Positions 26,789 through 41,807 of a stretch of 64,000 bases of DNA are shown one piece after another. Position 1 is the first letter of the stretch. Each line of letters begins with the position of its first letter. The notes below the pieces were generated by a model. It saw nothing but the letters and a program-made list of their open reading frames with translations, searched no databases and was not told where the DNA came from. The translations under genes were made by a program, and so were the position numbers. The DNA is taken from the NCBI GenBank assembly GCA_951406725.2, contig OX597826.1, forward strand, positions 14,818,001 through 14,882,000, given 5' to 3'. Source of the DNA: Octopus vulgaris. Its lineage: Eukaryota.

Positions 26789-27105
26789 GGCGTAGGAGTA
26801 GCTGTGTGGTAAGTAGCTTGCTAACGAACCACATGGTTCTGGGTTCAATCCCACTGCGTGGCACCTTGGGCAAATGTCTTCTACTATAACCTCGGGCTGA
26901 CCAAAGCCTTGTGAGTGGATTTGGTAGACGGAAACTGAAAGAAGCAGGTGCGTTTACGTCCCCGTAACTTAGCGGTTCGGCAAAAGAGACCGATAGTACT
27001 AGACTTCCAAAGAATTAGTCCTGGGGTCAATTTGTTTCGACTAAAGGCGGTGCTCCAGCATGGCCGTAGTCAAATGACTGAAACAAGTAAAAGAGTAAAA
27101 GAGTA
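26789..27105 (+). mobile_element. SINE family B with internal microsatellite segment deleted
   Basis: Head and tail match 19734; gaaagaagc is joined directly to ggtgcgtttacgtcccc. Confidence 0.9.
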
Positions 27106-27448
27106 ATGTTCGATGAAAAATAACTCGAAATAAATCATAAAGTGATACTTTAAAATACTTTTTATTAGCATGAAATAAGTTCTCTTACGATCGTTGTTAC
27201 TGCTTAGTCTTATGCTAGTACTGAATGAGTTGGCCTATGATCAACTAATAAGCGACGCTTTTGATTACCCTGCCTTGTATATAAAAAATTATGCAGTTCA
27301 TTGTAACATGCGTTTTTAAGAATGAGAGATTGTAATTTGAGTGAGATTTAGTTGTCTTTCGTTAGAGTTGCGACAATTATATAGAGGGTCCTAATTAGCT
27401 TGCCTTTTACGAATGTTTTGGAAATAATTGTGAATAAATTCTATTCCT

Positions 27449-27679
27449 ATTTCTTTACTACCCACAAGGGGCAAAACACAGAGTGGACAAACAAGAACAG
27501 ACAAACGGGTTAAATCGATTATATCGACCCCAGTGCGTAACTGGTACTTATTTAATCGACCCCGAAAGGATGAAAGGCAAAGTCGACCTCGGCGGAATTT
27601 GAACTCAGAACGTAACGGCAGACGAAATATCGCTAAGCATTTCGCCCGGCGCGCTAACGTTTCTGCCAGCTCGCCGCCT
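27449..27679 (-). mobile_element. SINE family C, tail type 1, full length
   Basis: TSD attgtgaat(a/g)aattctattcc on both sides. Confidence 0.92.
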
Positions 27680-28789
27680 TATTGTGAATGAATTCTATTC
27701 CTATTGTACCATCATTGCCCTATCTTGTTGTTTGTAATAATCAATTAAGACTATGAAATTAAACAATATGTGTTTTTGTCTATTGGATAGTTTAACTGAT
27801 ACGATGGAAAAGACTAATTTCTCGTCTCATATATATCTTAGGTTAGTTACATGTCTTAGAATTCTTTATATTTCTACTTAAATATCAACTAACTATTCGT
27901 CTATTTCTTCGATATTTATATTAGTTGGTTATACATAGACTGTAAATTGATAGAAATAGTAGAGCGTAGGATAAACTGCCTTGCGGTACTTGTTTTTATA
28001 AACATTAGTATATAACTCACTTATGTCTTTCATATTTTATTGTCAGTAAATAGACAGAATCGCCAGAGCGTAGGACAAAATGTCTTGCGGTATTTGAGCA
28101 AGTTGATAAAATAAAGAACAAGTTCAGTGCTGTTGATTAGCAGTATTGTTAGAATATCTCGCAAGATGTCTGATGATATTTGTTCCAAGTCTTTGCATCC
28201 TAAGTTCCTGAGTGACAGACTCAGTCTGTCACCCGGTTTAACACCATTATATAATCTTTGGGCACTTTTAGCAGATTCACTTTTTGGAAGCATTGAAGCC
28301 AGATTTCCAGTTTAAGGATAACTTCCACCTTTCTACCACCAATTTGAGGGCTCTGACTTTTTTTAAATTTTAAAAAGGGGTCATGATGTCATTTTTTTCT
28401 CCTTCCGGATTAAACAGTAAAGCAAAATCAAATAAATTGTCATCTAAGAACGATTTACAAGGGAATTTTTGTAAGAATAACTATTAGAATTACCATTATA
28501 AGATTACGATTATATAATTACTATTCATCTTCTTAAGGATTTAGAAATTTATTTCAATATATAAAAACCAAACTAATAATTAAACTAATAATAAAATTAA
28601 TTGTTTTCATTTAAAATTCTACGATCATTGCCAATCTGTCTTTTTCTAGGCAGAAACAACAAGCACCACCACCTTCAAACCACTCGCTTTGACTATCCAC
28701 ATTAATTAATATTTTATAACTTTAGAAATCCTAGCCTTTACAACTTCTAAAATATTTTTGTAAAATTACTCTGCCACAATATAATTTTA

Positions 28790-28860
28790 AAGGCGGTGCT
28801 CCAGCATGGCCACAGTCAAATGATTGAAACAAGTAAAAGAGTAAAAGAGAGAAAAGAGTA
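28790..28860 (+). mobile_element. SINE family B 3' fragment
   Basis: aaggcggtgctccagcatggccacagtcaaatgattgaaacaagtaaaagag. Confidence 0.85.
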
Positions 28861-28932
28861 AATCAATGACTTTCCTACTAAATTCAGTTCATCTCTCTTC
28901 ATCTCTGAACAACTCTATAGCTAGCCTACACA

Positions 28933-29318
28933 GGGCGGCGAGCTGGCAGAATCGTTATCGCGCCGGGCGAAATGCTTAGAAGTATTTCGTCTGCCGCTAC
29001 GTTCTGAGTTCAAATTACATCGAGGTTGACTTTACCTTTCATCCTTTCGGGGTTGATTAAATAAGTACCAGTTACGCACTGGGGTCGATATAATCGACTT
29101 AATCATTTTGTCTGTCCTTGTTTGTCCTCTCTGTGTTTAGCCCCTTGTGGGTAGTAAAAAAATAGATATTTCGTCTACAGCTACGTTCTGAGTTCAAATT
29201 CCGCCGAGGTCGACGTTGCATTTCGTCCTTTTGGAATCGATAGAATAAATACCAGTTAAGCACTGGTAACCTATCTCCTCGCTTGAAATTGCTACACTTG
29301 TGCTAAAATTTGAAACCA
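28933..29318 (+). mobile_element. SINE family C dimer: tail-1 copy followed by a headless tail-2 body
   Basis: Junction gtaaaaaaata|gatatttcgtc at ~29164. Second body ends aaaatttgaaacc. Confidence 0.85.
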
Positions 29319-29926
29319 ATATTTCTTTCGATAAATAAACCGCAAAATAACTACTCTCTTTCCTGTTTTTCTTCAATAGCAGTTTCATCAGTTAACACCT
29401 ATTTGTGTTTCTTAGGAAATGTTGTCGAGTATACGATAACTGTATCTTTTTACGACTAAATGTTGAAATATAATCCCGTTTCTCAATCATACAAGTTGGG
29501 ATTAATGCTTAGAGTAGGAAAGTTTAGTTTTATTAGTTACACTCAGTGGCTGTAAGAAATATTTTGCTCAATAAATATTCTCTCTTTCTTTTTTTGATGA
29601 TGAAATAGTCCACAAAGTTTGTAAATCATACATATAATAACTTTCAAATTCACAGCAAACCTAGAATAATTACAGATCATATCTTGTGGGGAATATGAAC
29701 GTGAAATATGATAGCCAAATGCTGAAATTGATATAATCTATGACAAGAATATTTTTGTCTAGTGATGACTTTTTTTTCCACTACCCTTAACAAATTACCC
29801 GAAGAATTCATATATAACCTTATAGATATCCCTACAAATCAATAGATATTCCTAATATTTAAAATATCTCAGTAGGAATAAGAAAGAACAGATAAGAAAA
29901 TGAAAATAATGAGTAATATATATAAG

Positions 29927-30213
<287 letters not shown>

Positions 30214-30239
30214 TTATGATGATGATGATGATGTTTTTA

Positions 30240-32815
30240 GCATGGCTGGTTCCAATATGTTGCGCAAAGACTGTGCTAATCATCGTGGAGGTGGTGTGAT
30301 GATCTACATCCGGTCAAACTTTGCAGCTATTTTTTGTGATGATCTGAACAAATCACATCACGAGGCACTCTTTTGCGAATTACGCATAAACATGTCAACA
30401 TTGATACTTGGAGTTGTCTATCGCCCACCAAATTACCATCAAGACACACATTTTTGAAATCTTCAGGGCTGCATCTAAGAAAACAGCCACTTACTTTTTT
30501 CATTGCTGGTGACATCAACTACTCTGAAATTGAAAGGGGAAACTTTCCGTTGGTCGCAAAGCGCAAAATATTTCTTTGATGTAGTGGTAGATGCAAACTG
30601 GTCCCAAGTAGTCACCTCCCCAACAAGAGGGAATAACACTTTGGACTTGCTCTTTACCATTACTCCTGAAACTGTTATCAGTGTTATGACGAAGGAACCT
30701 CCAGGTGACTCCGATCATGCTACGATCATTGCCAATCTGTCTTTTTTAGGCAGAAACAAGCACCACCACCTTCAAACCACTCGCTTTGACTGGAACAAAG
30801 CAGACTGGATGTGTTACCATAAGGTGTTACGACTCCCAAACTGGTTTGAATTTTACAATTCATAGGACGTCAATGTTGTTTTACAAAATATCCTCAGTGC
30901 AATATGAGCTGCATGTGAAGCTTCAGAAATGCTCTAGAAATAAAAACAGTACAATTTGGGACATTGCAGCCCTTCGACTTTCCAGGAAAGATTGTTGCTA
31001 TGCTGAATAGAAATACAGATAGCACAGAACACACGAGGACAGAAGAAGACGCAACAGATCATCCAACCATCTCAAGCAAATGACAAAAAAGGCAGTGCTT
31101 GAGTTTGAATGACGTATTGCAACTAGTCCTGACAGCAAAGTGATCTGGAAATACGTGCGTTCGAAACAGACCTTACTACCCAGTTGGCCCTCTTCACAAT
31201 CCCCACACAGGCCCGATCACTGATGACCCCTAGAAATGTGCTGAGCTTATTGCTGAATACTATGCAGGAATTTTTACTGTTGAAAATCCCAATGAACCTT
31301 ATTCACCAACTCTGACATCGAATTCCGTAACATCTGTGAAATTCACACCCGCTATGCTGCCACACCACCTCAAGAATAAGCGCAACTAAGCCTCTCCTGG
31401 TCTCGAGGTGGGTTCTTTCTATTGCACTAGCTTTCTTCCTGTTTTCAATTCTGCCTTAACAACTGTGTCACTCCAGAGCACTGGAAAATTGATAATGTCG
31501 TTCCTCTGTTCAATAAAGGTGATCGCACATCAACTGTCAACTACTGTCCACTAAGCCTTACTAGCTGCATTGCCAAACTGATGGAGTTCTGTATCAGAGA
31601 AACACTCTGGAAATTTTGGAGATCTCACAGCCTTATTCGACCCTGACAATTTGGTTTTATCCCAGCTGCTGTAGTCAACTCATCAATTTCCTTGAGCACA
31701 TCACCCACGTTACTGATGGCAGCTCATGGGTGGATGCTGTATACCTTGATTTTGCTAAAGCCTTCAATTCTGTGCCACACAAACGACTCATGGTAAGACT
31801 CTCTGCAAAGGATGTGGAGGATAATTTCTATAACTGGCTAAATTCTTTCATTCTCAGTAGTTACCGTTCTAGGACATCATTCTTCACCCTACAAGATGAC
31901 TTCTGGTGTACCACATGAATCCGTTCTTGAACCCCTACTGTTTGTTACATATATTAATGATATAGATGCTAACTTGAGGAATGTTACAGTGCTGAAATAT
32001 GCAGATGACATTAAGCTGTACCTCGAAATGAAAAGAGCAGATACTATGCGCCATAGATCTTTCCTGCAATCAGACCTGGATACAATGCAGCAATGATCTC
32101 TGAGTGGCAACTCAAGCTAGCTGTGTACAAGTGCATCACCATGCATTCTGAGATGGAAAATCCAGCCTTTACATACTCCCTCAGCAACAACAATCTCAGG
32201 AAGTCTTCTAGCGGACGTGATCTGGGCATTATTGTAAACAGCGATCCGCGTTGGACAAACCACATCTCTTAAGATTGTCAAGAAAGCTGAGAAGGTGCTA
32301 GCATCACTCAGTATGGCCTTTGTTAGCCACTCTCCAGCTATCTATTTAAAACCGTATACAACAATGGTACGTCCACACTTGGAATTTGCACCACTAGGCT
32401 AGAACCCCTATCTTTCTCAGCATATAAATCTCCTGGAAACTGCTCAGAAACGTGCAACTTTACGAATACCTGCCGTCAGACATCTGCCATACTCTGAACG
32501 TCTTGCTTCCCTGGTATGGTTACTGTGAAGCTCAGACGTCTGGCAACTAACTTGGTAGAAACCCACAAGATTATCTACCATCTTTCCAACAACCTTGGGC
32601 ACCATTTTGAATTCCATATGACAAACACTCACGGACATGCTTATAAAATCAACAAACATCACAGCACACATGACTTTCGGAAACATTTTTTCACTTTCAG
32701 AATTGCTGAAGCATGGAATAAACTACCCACTTCAAACGTTAACTGCAGAGACACTACATTCCGTTGGCCTTTTTTTAAATTTTAGTTGCAGTGCACCTGA
32801 GCACAACACTTTCCT
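30240..32815 (+). pseudogene. Degraded CR1-clade LINE ORF2 (APE endonuclease + reverse transcriptase)
   Basis: RKD...RGGGVMIYI, GVVYRPPN, AGDINY, PTRGNNTLDLLFT, SDH (APE). DAVYLDFAKAFNSVPHKRL, SGVPHESVLEPLLF, YADD (RT). RKHFFTFRIAEAWNKLP (C-terminus). Multiple stops and frameshifts. Confidence 0.92.
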
Positions 32816-32819
32816 TCGT

Positions 32820-32887
<68 letters not shown>

Positions 32888-33003
32888 AAATAATAAGGGT
32901 GAAAAATTGAATATTAATTAGATTAATATCAATTTAAAACTAGTGGTCCAGCATATTGAAAATCTGAAGATTCAGAAAAATCATATTACACACATATAAG
33001 AGG

Positions 33004-33169
33004 GATGACCAGTAAGTGGACATCCATTATGCTAGAAGTAGACCCCTATGGTCTTACCACTAAGAAGGGATTGTTCTCAAGAACAATCCCTTCTTAGAAC
33101 AATCCTTTCTTAGTGGTAAGACCATAGGGGTCTACTTCTAGCATAATGGATGTCCACTTAGTGGTCATC
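33004..33169. repeat. Fold-back inverted repeat (~74-bp arms) in element P7 between (TA)n tracts
   Basis: gatgacc...ggattgttct mirrored by agaacaatcc...ggtcatc. 16-bp duplication at the apex. Confidence 0.9.
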
Positions 33170-33174
33170 TCACT

Positions 33175-33219
<45 letters not shown>

Positions 33220-33603
33220 CTGGCTTCAGTTTAAATTTAAAATTCTAGACATGTATAGCATGTGAGATACAAATTGAAATTTGACAACTAGCAAATTATT
33301 TTAGAAAATTTTCGACTAATTTGGAAATGGTTGCATTGTGTCGGATGGCTGGTATATGATAATGAAAATTTTTGAGATATGTGAAAAGAATTGCTTAACA
33401 AGAATTCCACTGTTCTAAATCACATGGGTGTAACTAAAATTGGATGGATTTTAAAATTTTAGCGTTCTAAACTATATTCGTTGTGTATTATTAGAATCAT
33501 GATCGACAAATTTACACACGGTGAAAGAATAGAAACAGCAACAGCAGTAGCAGCAACAACAGCAAGAACAGCAACAACAACAACAATAGTAACAGCAACA
33601 ACA

Positions 33604-33860
33604 AAAACACCTAAAGCTCCACGAGGTCCTGCAGGGGGGGGGGCGACCCCTGCTGTACTCTTTCGCTCCAACTTTCTCTCACTCTTTCTTCCTGTTTCTT
33701 GTCCCCAACTTCCTACACAACCGCTGAGCCTGAATGCGCATTCATCCATCCGTCGATGCTCTCGGTGTCGGGGGTTGACCTGCTTTCTCTTCTGCAGGTC
33801 TTACGAATAGCAAAGGACCACGTTTCGGACTTCTCCCAAGAAGACGAAGACCGCTTCGCT
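33604..33860 (+). mobile_element. SINE family A, tail type 1, 5' truncated, in (CAA/CAG)n
   Basis: Body and tail match the reverse complement of 1313-1600. Confidence 0.9.
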
Positions 33861-33873
33861 CAACAGCAACAGC

Positions 33874-33911
<38 letters not shown>

Positions 33912-35700
33912 AAACAGCAGCAGCAGCAGCAGCAACAACAACAACAATAACAAAGATGAAGAGCTTCTGTGTATTTGCTTTACTTGCTAGAAATAGGATC
34001 GAATTCTCCCTTAAAATCACACCCTTTTGTCTGAAAAAGAAAAGGGTAACATTGAATTGCATCGATTCTAGTTCTAGAGGTATTATTTCATTAGTTTATA
34101 TCTTAAAGTGGTCAGAAAGCTTCAAATTCGCTGGTTGGTAATTTATCGAAGAATGCTGAAATCGATCCCGGCTGGTTTTGAACGCAGAACAAAAGAGAAA
34201 ACTGAATACTACTCTGTGTGTGTGTGTGTGTCTATATACACCATAAATACAATAGCAACAAAAAGGGATATGATCATTAACAAATATGACAATAATGCGA
34301 ACCATTGCGGGTGCTAATAAGCGGTCGTCAAAGTTCCAATAGTGGTCATATCATTCTTATATTAAATTGAATAATGTAGTCCAAAAGAATAAGATGATCG
34401 TAAGTGGGGCACTTTAGTTAGATACCTACAGAATCAGAGATACGATGGGGCTACCCAAAATATCAGCAAAATCTCTCATAAGTCGAGAGGATCAATGAGG
34501 AACTTCTACTTTAGATATAACAGCTAAATAACCCTCAAATCTAGCACTACTGTCTTAAAAACAAAAATATTTTGACCTATGAGGTACACATGAGAAATTA
34601 ACCGTAGCAATTGTAGCGTATTTGAATAAAGTGTTTCCCAATATTATCCCTATCGCAGCCAATATTATCCCTGGCGAAATCGTTAGCACTCCGAGTAAAA
34701 TGCTAGCGGCATTTCATCGTTCTGAGTTCAAATATGTTTACTATTAAATATTTTTCTCTATAGTATCTATAAGCTGAACGATGTATATACGCGAATGATT
34801 ATATATAACTGAGTAATTATGCATTGTACTCCAAAGATTTTAAAATCTAAACACAGTTCACAAACACCTGGCACTATCGTTGAGGGCCTTTGGAGTCCAC
34901 AGGCCCAAAGCGAAACTGCTGGACTGTGAAGTCTTTCAAACAGAATACGAAATGTTAACGGCCGAAACGCGGTTGGTTATAGGCCTTCCGATCCGGTCAG
35001 ATTTCGATGTGAAGCAACTTTACTAACAAGCATAAAAACGACAGCAATTAAAGGCACAGTCAGCAGAAGCAACAGTGAAAGCAACCAAAGAACCGATAGC
35101 ATAAAAGACAAAACAATACCGACGTTTAACAACTGTCTTTATCTACTGTAACATCAAATAATTACTCGTTAACAACAGCATGAATCAAATTAAGAACTAT
35201 ATGCTTAAAATCTTGTTAGCATTACCATTATCATCGTCGTCGTCGTCGTCATCGCCGATGTCGACACCATCATCGCTGCCTTCGTCAGTATTCGTCATCA
35301 TCCTCACTCTCATCAAACATTGAAAATAACTCCAGCAATATCATAATCATCATCGTCATCATCATCATCATCATCGTCATCATCGTCGTCGTATTCATCA
35401 TCATCATCATCATCTTCATCATCGCTATTATCAACTAAACAACAACACCATCAAAAGTAACAACAGCAAGCATCATCATCATCAACAACAACAACAACAA
35501 CAACAGCAATTAAAAATCATCTTTCATCGTCAAATTAACTGCAAGTACAAAAATAATTAAAATGACATCATGATCAAGATAAGACGACCGACATACAGAC
35601 ACTAGCAGTTAAAACATCCCTGCCATCATCATCATCATCATCATCATCATCGTCAATACCATCAACATCTTCATCATTATCATCGTCATCGTCATCGTCG

Positions 35701-35733
<33 letters not shown>

Positions 35734-36207
35734 CCATCACCATCATCATCATAATAATTATCAAAAAGACAAGCATGGCGATACAATATGTCCTAAAAGT
35801 GTTCGTATAATGTCCATCATCTTACTGTAAAGTATGTCTCCCTACCGTGACTATCACTATCAACAAAACACGCCCACCTTCACACACACATATACACACA
35901 CGCATACACAAACACATACACACACACATTACAAACACATACATACACAGGCTTGCACATACACATCTTACACATGGCCCGATGCAGAGTGTTTTGTGTG
36001 GCTGCACTTAAGAATCAAGGACGCTTAATGAGTTTTGCTCGTTTTGCTAATGGGCCAAATTGATTTAGGAGACAAAATATGGCAGAGTGCTTCATAAAAG
36101 TCCTTCGTATGTTTCCATAGATCACAGAGTCAAGTAGATTTCCTCGTTATTGGTTGCTTCGCTTTTCTGTAGATGTATGTGATCGTTTAGTGGCGGTTTC
36201 CGTCTGC

Positions 36208-36500
<293 letters not shown>

Positions 36501-36668
36501 GAGCTCGAATGATGGGCCTCTATACGTACGGCTGTAAATGTCTATGCCCGCTTTCTTGTTTGTATTCACATGTGTTTGCCTAAATAAAAGTTGGTGTACG
36601 AAGAACTTTCTGTATATACGTGTGCATACATGTTTATATGTATACACGTATCAATGCATCTATCTATT

Positions 36669-36735
<67 letters not shown>

Positions 36736-36761
36736 CATATATATATATATACATACATATC

Positions 36762-36970
36762 AGGTGAGCTGAGGGGATAGTGTCCGCGCGTGACAAAATA
36801 CTTAGTGGCATTTCTACTGGTTTAACTACTGAGTTCGAATTCCGCGAAAGTCGATGTAGCCTTTCATTCATTCCGAATCGATGAAATAAGTACCTGCGAA
36901 GCAATGGGTGTGTGGGATCGATGAAATCGACTTACCCCGTCACTCTAAATTGCTGTCCTTGTGCCTATGT
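36762..36970 (+). mobile_element. SINE family C, tail type 2, diverged
   Basis: ggtgagctg...gagttcgaattccg...gcctttcatt...aaataagtacc...ccttgtgcct. Confidence 0.7.
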
Positions 36971-37797
36971 GTGCGTGTGTGTGTGTGTGATCTTCTTTGA
37001 GTTTTATTTGAGTTCTTCTTGAGAGATTTCAGACCGGTCACTAACAAAGCGACAAGCCAATTTCGTGTTTTCGAGAGTTCTCGGTGTTTGTGAATGCGTG
37101 GTTGAGTTGGTGTGCTGGTTGAACTGTCGATGCATACACCCAAATGCGTGCATCTATTCACATAAGACTCTCAGATGCATAATTTTTGGAATGTCTTACT
37201 AATCTTCGTGACACCGAATATTTCTAGGTTTTTGTGAAAATTTGTTGGTACAAAACCTAATGCACTTATGATGATAGGTACAAATGGGAACACATGGTCA
37301 AAGTAAAAGTATTAAATTCTACCTTAATTCACCACAAATGTTCTCTTTTGGGGGGGGGACATTTGATTGTACATTCACATCCGCTGGGCAACTGTCCAAC
37401 AGAACAACATGTATGTCTGTATGTATGTATGTATGTATGTATGTATGGATGGATGGATGGATGGACGGACGGATTGAAGTGCAGAAAGCGCAGTAAAACC
37501 AGAATGTCCACGAAGTAAAGAATTCGCTTCGCAACAATAAGCTCACTGTTTCGATTCCACAGCGTGGCACTTTGGGCAAGTGTCATTTTCGAATATGATC
37601 ACAGAATGGGATCGAAAGTGGGTAAATGTTAACACTTTAGAGACCGAATGGATGAATTGAACTTATAATTCATAGATCCGGTCTTGCCACAAATTTGGGC
37701 CAAATGTGAGGTGAAGTAACGCTTACGCAGAATCTGATAATCTAATTGCACTTTTGGAACGAATTTCTATCAGGTAATGTTTCTGCTTTCCTGCACA

Positions 37798-37868
<71 letters not shown>

Positions 37869-37908
37869 ATGTATATATGTGTGTGTGTGTGCGTCTTTAT
37901 ATATATAT

Positions 37909-37950
<42 letters not shown>

Positions 37951-37955
<5 letters not shown>

Positions 37956-38139
37956 TAATCCAAACAAGAAAACACAAAAAAACACAGCAACGCGAGGACG
38001 TGGAACAAATAAAGTATTATTGGACGCTCAGGAAAGAAGGGAAGAAGGAGGGTTTAACGTTTCGAGCGGAGCTCTTCGTCGGAAACATAGGAGAAGGGAA
38101 GACAGAGGAAAAAAATCGCTGGCGGTACTCACGAGGTCA

Positions 38140-38146
<7 letters not shown>
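37951..38146 (-). mobile_element. Element P6 with hammerhead motif (C4 variant) in (TA)n
   Basis: Minus strand 38052-38086 reads gttt-CCGACGA-AGAGC-tcc-GCTC-GAAAC-GTT-aaac. (TA)n on both sides. Confidence 0.65.
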
Positions 38147-38191
<45 letters not shown>

Positions 38192-38349
38192 GGTGAATGA
38201 ATTATCCTGTTTACCGTCAACATGGAAAATTCGATGAAGCGATACCAGGGTAGCAAATTCACGTCAGAAACACGGTTGAAGCGACCTATCCAAAGGTAGA
38301 AACTCATATATATATATATATATATATATAAAGTACTAGCTAGATATTG

Positions 38350-38448
38350 GGAAAAATTAATAGAAATCGTTTTTTCTGATAATTTTTCCACTTTAATAAT
38401 TAGATGTGCGGAAATATTATCAGAAAAGCTATTTCTATTCATTTTTCC
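38350..38448. repeat. Imperfect ~40-bp inverted repeat
   Basis: ggaaaaattaatagaaat...ctgataatttttcc versus ggaaatattatcagaaaag...atttctattcattttttcc. Confidence 0.65.
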
Positions 38449-38879
38449 ATATACATATGTGTGTGTGTGTGTGTGTGAGTGAGTGTGTGTGTGCTCTTAT
38501 TTATATGTATATGTACGTGCGTACGCATGTATACATCCATGTGTATATGTAGATTTGTTTATACAAAATACCTGTAGGTATATTTGAAAAAATATGTATA
38601 TATAACTGCTCCTATAACACAGGAGGCGGTAAGATTTGATCTCAAAACAGATTTGGACTGTATTCCTTGTGGAAAATTGCCCTTCTAAGCATCCTTGTTT
38701 TAGATGATGGGGGCTGATTTCAGGTAGATATGAATGTTACTTTTAGCAGCTTGTATCATTGTGTACAGAGTTTTGTTTGCTTTTATATGAAATAAGGATT
38801 CAAAATAAGCTGAACCATCAACACCAATTTGGATGTTATCTCCATCATCCTCGTCGTTATCGTCATCGTCATCATCAAT

Positions 38880-38894
38880 TTGGTGGTGGTGGTG

Positions 38895-38926
<32 letters not shown>

Positions 38927-38999
38927 GGTGGTGATGGTGGTGGTGGTGGTAGTAGTAGTAGTAGTTGTAATAGTAATGGTAGTAGTAGTAGTAGTGGTG

Positions 39000-39067
<68 letters not shown>

Positions 39068-39134
39068 TGTAGTAGTAATGGTAGTAGTAGTAGTAGTAGT
39101 AATAGTAGTAGTAGTAGTGGTGGTGGTGGTGGTG

Positions 39135-39205
<71 letters not shown>

Positions 39206-39263
39206 TGTAGTAGTAATGGTAGTAGTAGTAGTAGTAGTAATAGTAGTAGTAGTAGTGGTGGTG

Positions 39264-39327
<64 letters not shown>

Positions 39328-39328
39328 C
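38880..39328. repeat. (GGT)n/(AGT)n compound array with higher-order units
   Basis: Direct reading; the marker tgta(a/g)tagtaatggt recurs three times. Confidence 0.95.
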
Positions 39329-39409
39329 TGAGAGGGATAAGCAGTGTATTCTGTGTAAGCGTTATGAAGATTAGATATGAAATAAGATTTTTATGACAAT
39401 GATGTTTGC

Positions 39410-39595
39410 CCCAATATCTGACTTGGTCGCTCTGATCTATGATCAAAAGCGTTCCAGCCATGACCATTGCGTCTTTTGTATCTTTTGTCAGTTTATCTAA
39501 GATTACATTAATCCACTGTGTCCCTTTTTTCTTAAGTGGATAGAGACTTGGCAGGCTTTTTAGCAGAGCAGGCGACCTAAGCAGCAGATCTCTCA
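39410..39595 (+). mobile_element. Old dispersed repeat family D (tatgatcaaa-gc-ttccagccatgacc)
   Basis: Related degraded copies at ~27195-27390, 60675-60790 and, reverse-complemented, 33985-34050 and 34500-34565. Confidence 0.45.
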
Positions 39596-40019
39596 TTGGA
39601 TTGTGTTGGAAGCTGGAGGCGTCGGCGGCGCCGGCGGTGGTGGCGATGATGATGATGATGAAGAGGAGGGTGATGACGACGACGACAATAACGATGACGG
39701 TGACAATGATGTTGATGATGGCAGAATAAACAATCAATTCGCATTACATATAATATATGTTGCTGACGAAATTCACAGGAAATCCCATTATTGAACCGTA
39801 ATTGAATTTCCTTAACAAAATGACAACCTAAAATATGTATGGCAGTGTACGTACACTAACAGCACAGTTATACATACATTCATATATATGTACTTTTACA
39901 TACGCATTATCATACAGATGCATATCACTGATTCTAAGCATGCTCGTACATAGCTATATACATAAATGTGTGAATACATACACATATATATATCAGTACT
40001 TTTATATCAATCTATCTAT

Positions 40020-40236
<217 letters not shown>

Positions 40237-40852
40237 CTTCTATGTACATACATACATACATATTCGTCAAGTGCTTCGACGATACACTTCGGTACGAATT
40301 CCAACGTAGAATGCTAAATGTTAGTTCTCTTCATAATTAGATATATGTGCTCTGTACTTTGTTATGTATGATTTATGCACGGCTAGATTTGTTTTCACTT
40401 CACTCCATTTACATTTCATGTTTCTGTGTGTTTGTGTGTATGTACGCACACCCACATTAGATCTTCAGCATTCCTAGTTGATTTCGTCCTAAAATGTGTC
40501 CTCGGTGTATTTGAAGGATAGTCATTCATGTCACTGCTATTCGTTGTTTTAACCTTTGAATCTGGATCAGCTGTGTACTGCACTTTTCTGAATATGAGCT
40601 ACAAAAGGTCTTGTTTGAAAGTTTCAACATTCCGAATCAGTTTACTATACCTCGTGTCTTCATTTATATGAGCCCCTAAGTGTATAAACGAAATCTTAGT
40701 GATTTCCTCCTTGCACGTACTTTCATTTGCAAGCACATGAACAATATTCTATGTACACATCTAAAAAATTTAAACGCATGCTTTCACATACATGCGTACA
40801 GACTTATACAAGTGCACGATTTTATATGCTCACACGGTCACATACACGCATG

Positions 40853-40885
<33 letters not shown>

Positions 40886-40887
<2 letters not shown>

Positions 40888-41270
40888 TCTTTTATTCTGT
40901 TATTTGTTTCAGTCATTGGATTGCGGCCATATTGTAGCACCTTTTGTCGAACAAATCGATCCCAGGACTTATTATTTGTAAGCCCAGTACTTGTTCTATC
41001 GGATTCTTTTGCTGAACCACTAAGTTACGGGGACGCAAACACACCAACATTAGTTGTCGAGCAATGGTAGGAGGACAAACACAAACACACAAACATATAC
41101 ACATGCACGATGGGCTTCTTTCAGTTTCCGTCTACCAAATCCACTCACAAGGCCTTGGTCGGCTCGAGGACATGGAAGGAGACACTTGCCCAAGGTGTCA
41201 CGCAGTAGTACTGAACCTGGGACCATGTAATTGGAAAGTAAGCTACTTACCATAGAGTCACTTCAGCGCT
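40886..41270 (-). mobile_element. SINE family B, diverged full length
   Basis: Aligns end to end with 8399-8794. Confidence 0.85.
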
Positions 41271-41391
41271 TACATATGTGTGTATATTATTTCTCTATTC
41301 ATCTATTTATCTTTCTATAACTATATATATGTGCGCGCGTGTATACATATATATATATACACACACACATACATATATACATATGTATATA

Positions 41392-41444
<53 letters not shown>

Positions 41445-41555
41445 TTATAGGTATATATATGTTTTTACGTATATGTTTCTACATATGTATATATGTGTGT
41501 GTGTGTGAGTGAGTATATATATATATATATGTAAGTATACATATATATAAAGTAG

Positions 41556-41595
<40 letters not shown>

Positions 41596-41807
41596 ATATA
41601 TATATATATATATATGTAAGTATACATATATATAAAGTAGTTGTATGCTGTCAACTAAATGTGAAAGTCCCATGAAGGGAATAATACTACTGCTATTTAG
41701 CCCTAGGAAGAGCACCGCTTCCTGTCAGCCTTGACACATTTCCTGTGTCCTAATGTTTACAAGGTGGATATAGGGGGAGATAAGCACCTCCACCCAGCTA
41801 AACCAGC

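Noticed and set aside
38700-39737. Longest ORF (345 aa, Tyr/His-rich)
   Set aside because: It is the reverse strand of a trinucleotide array plus a degraded repeat and is low complexity only.
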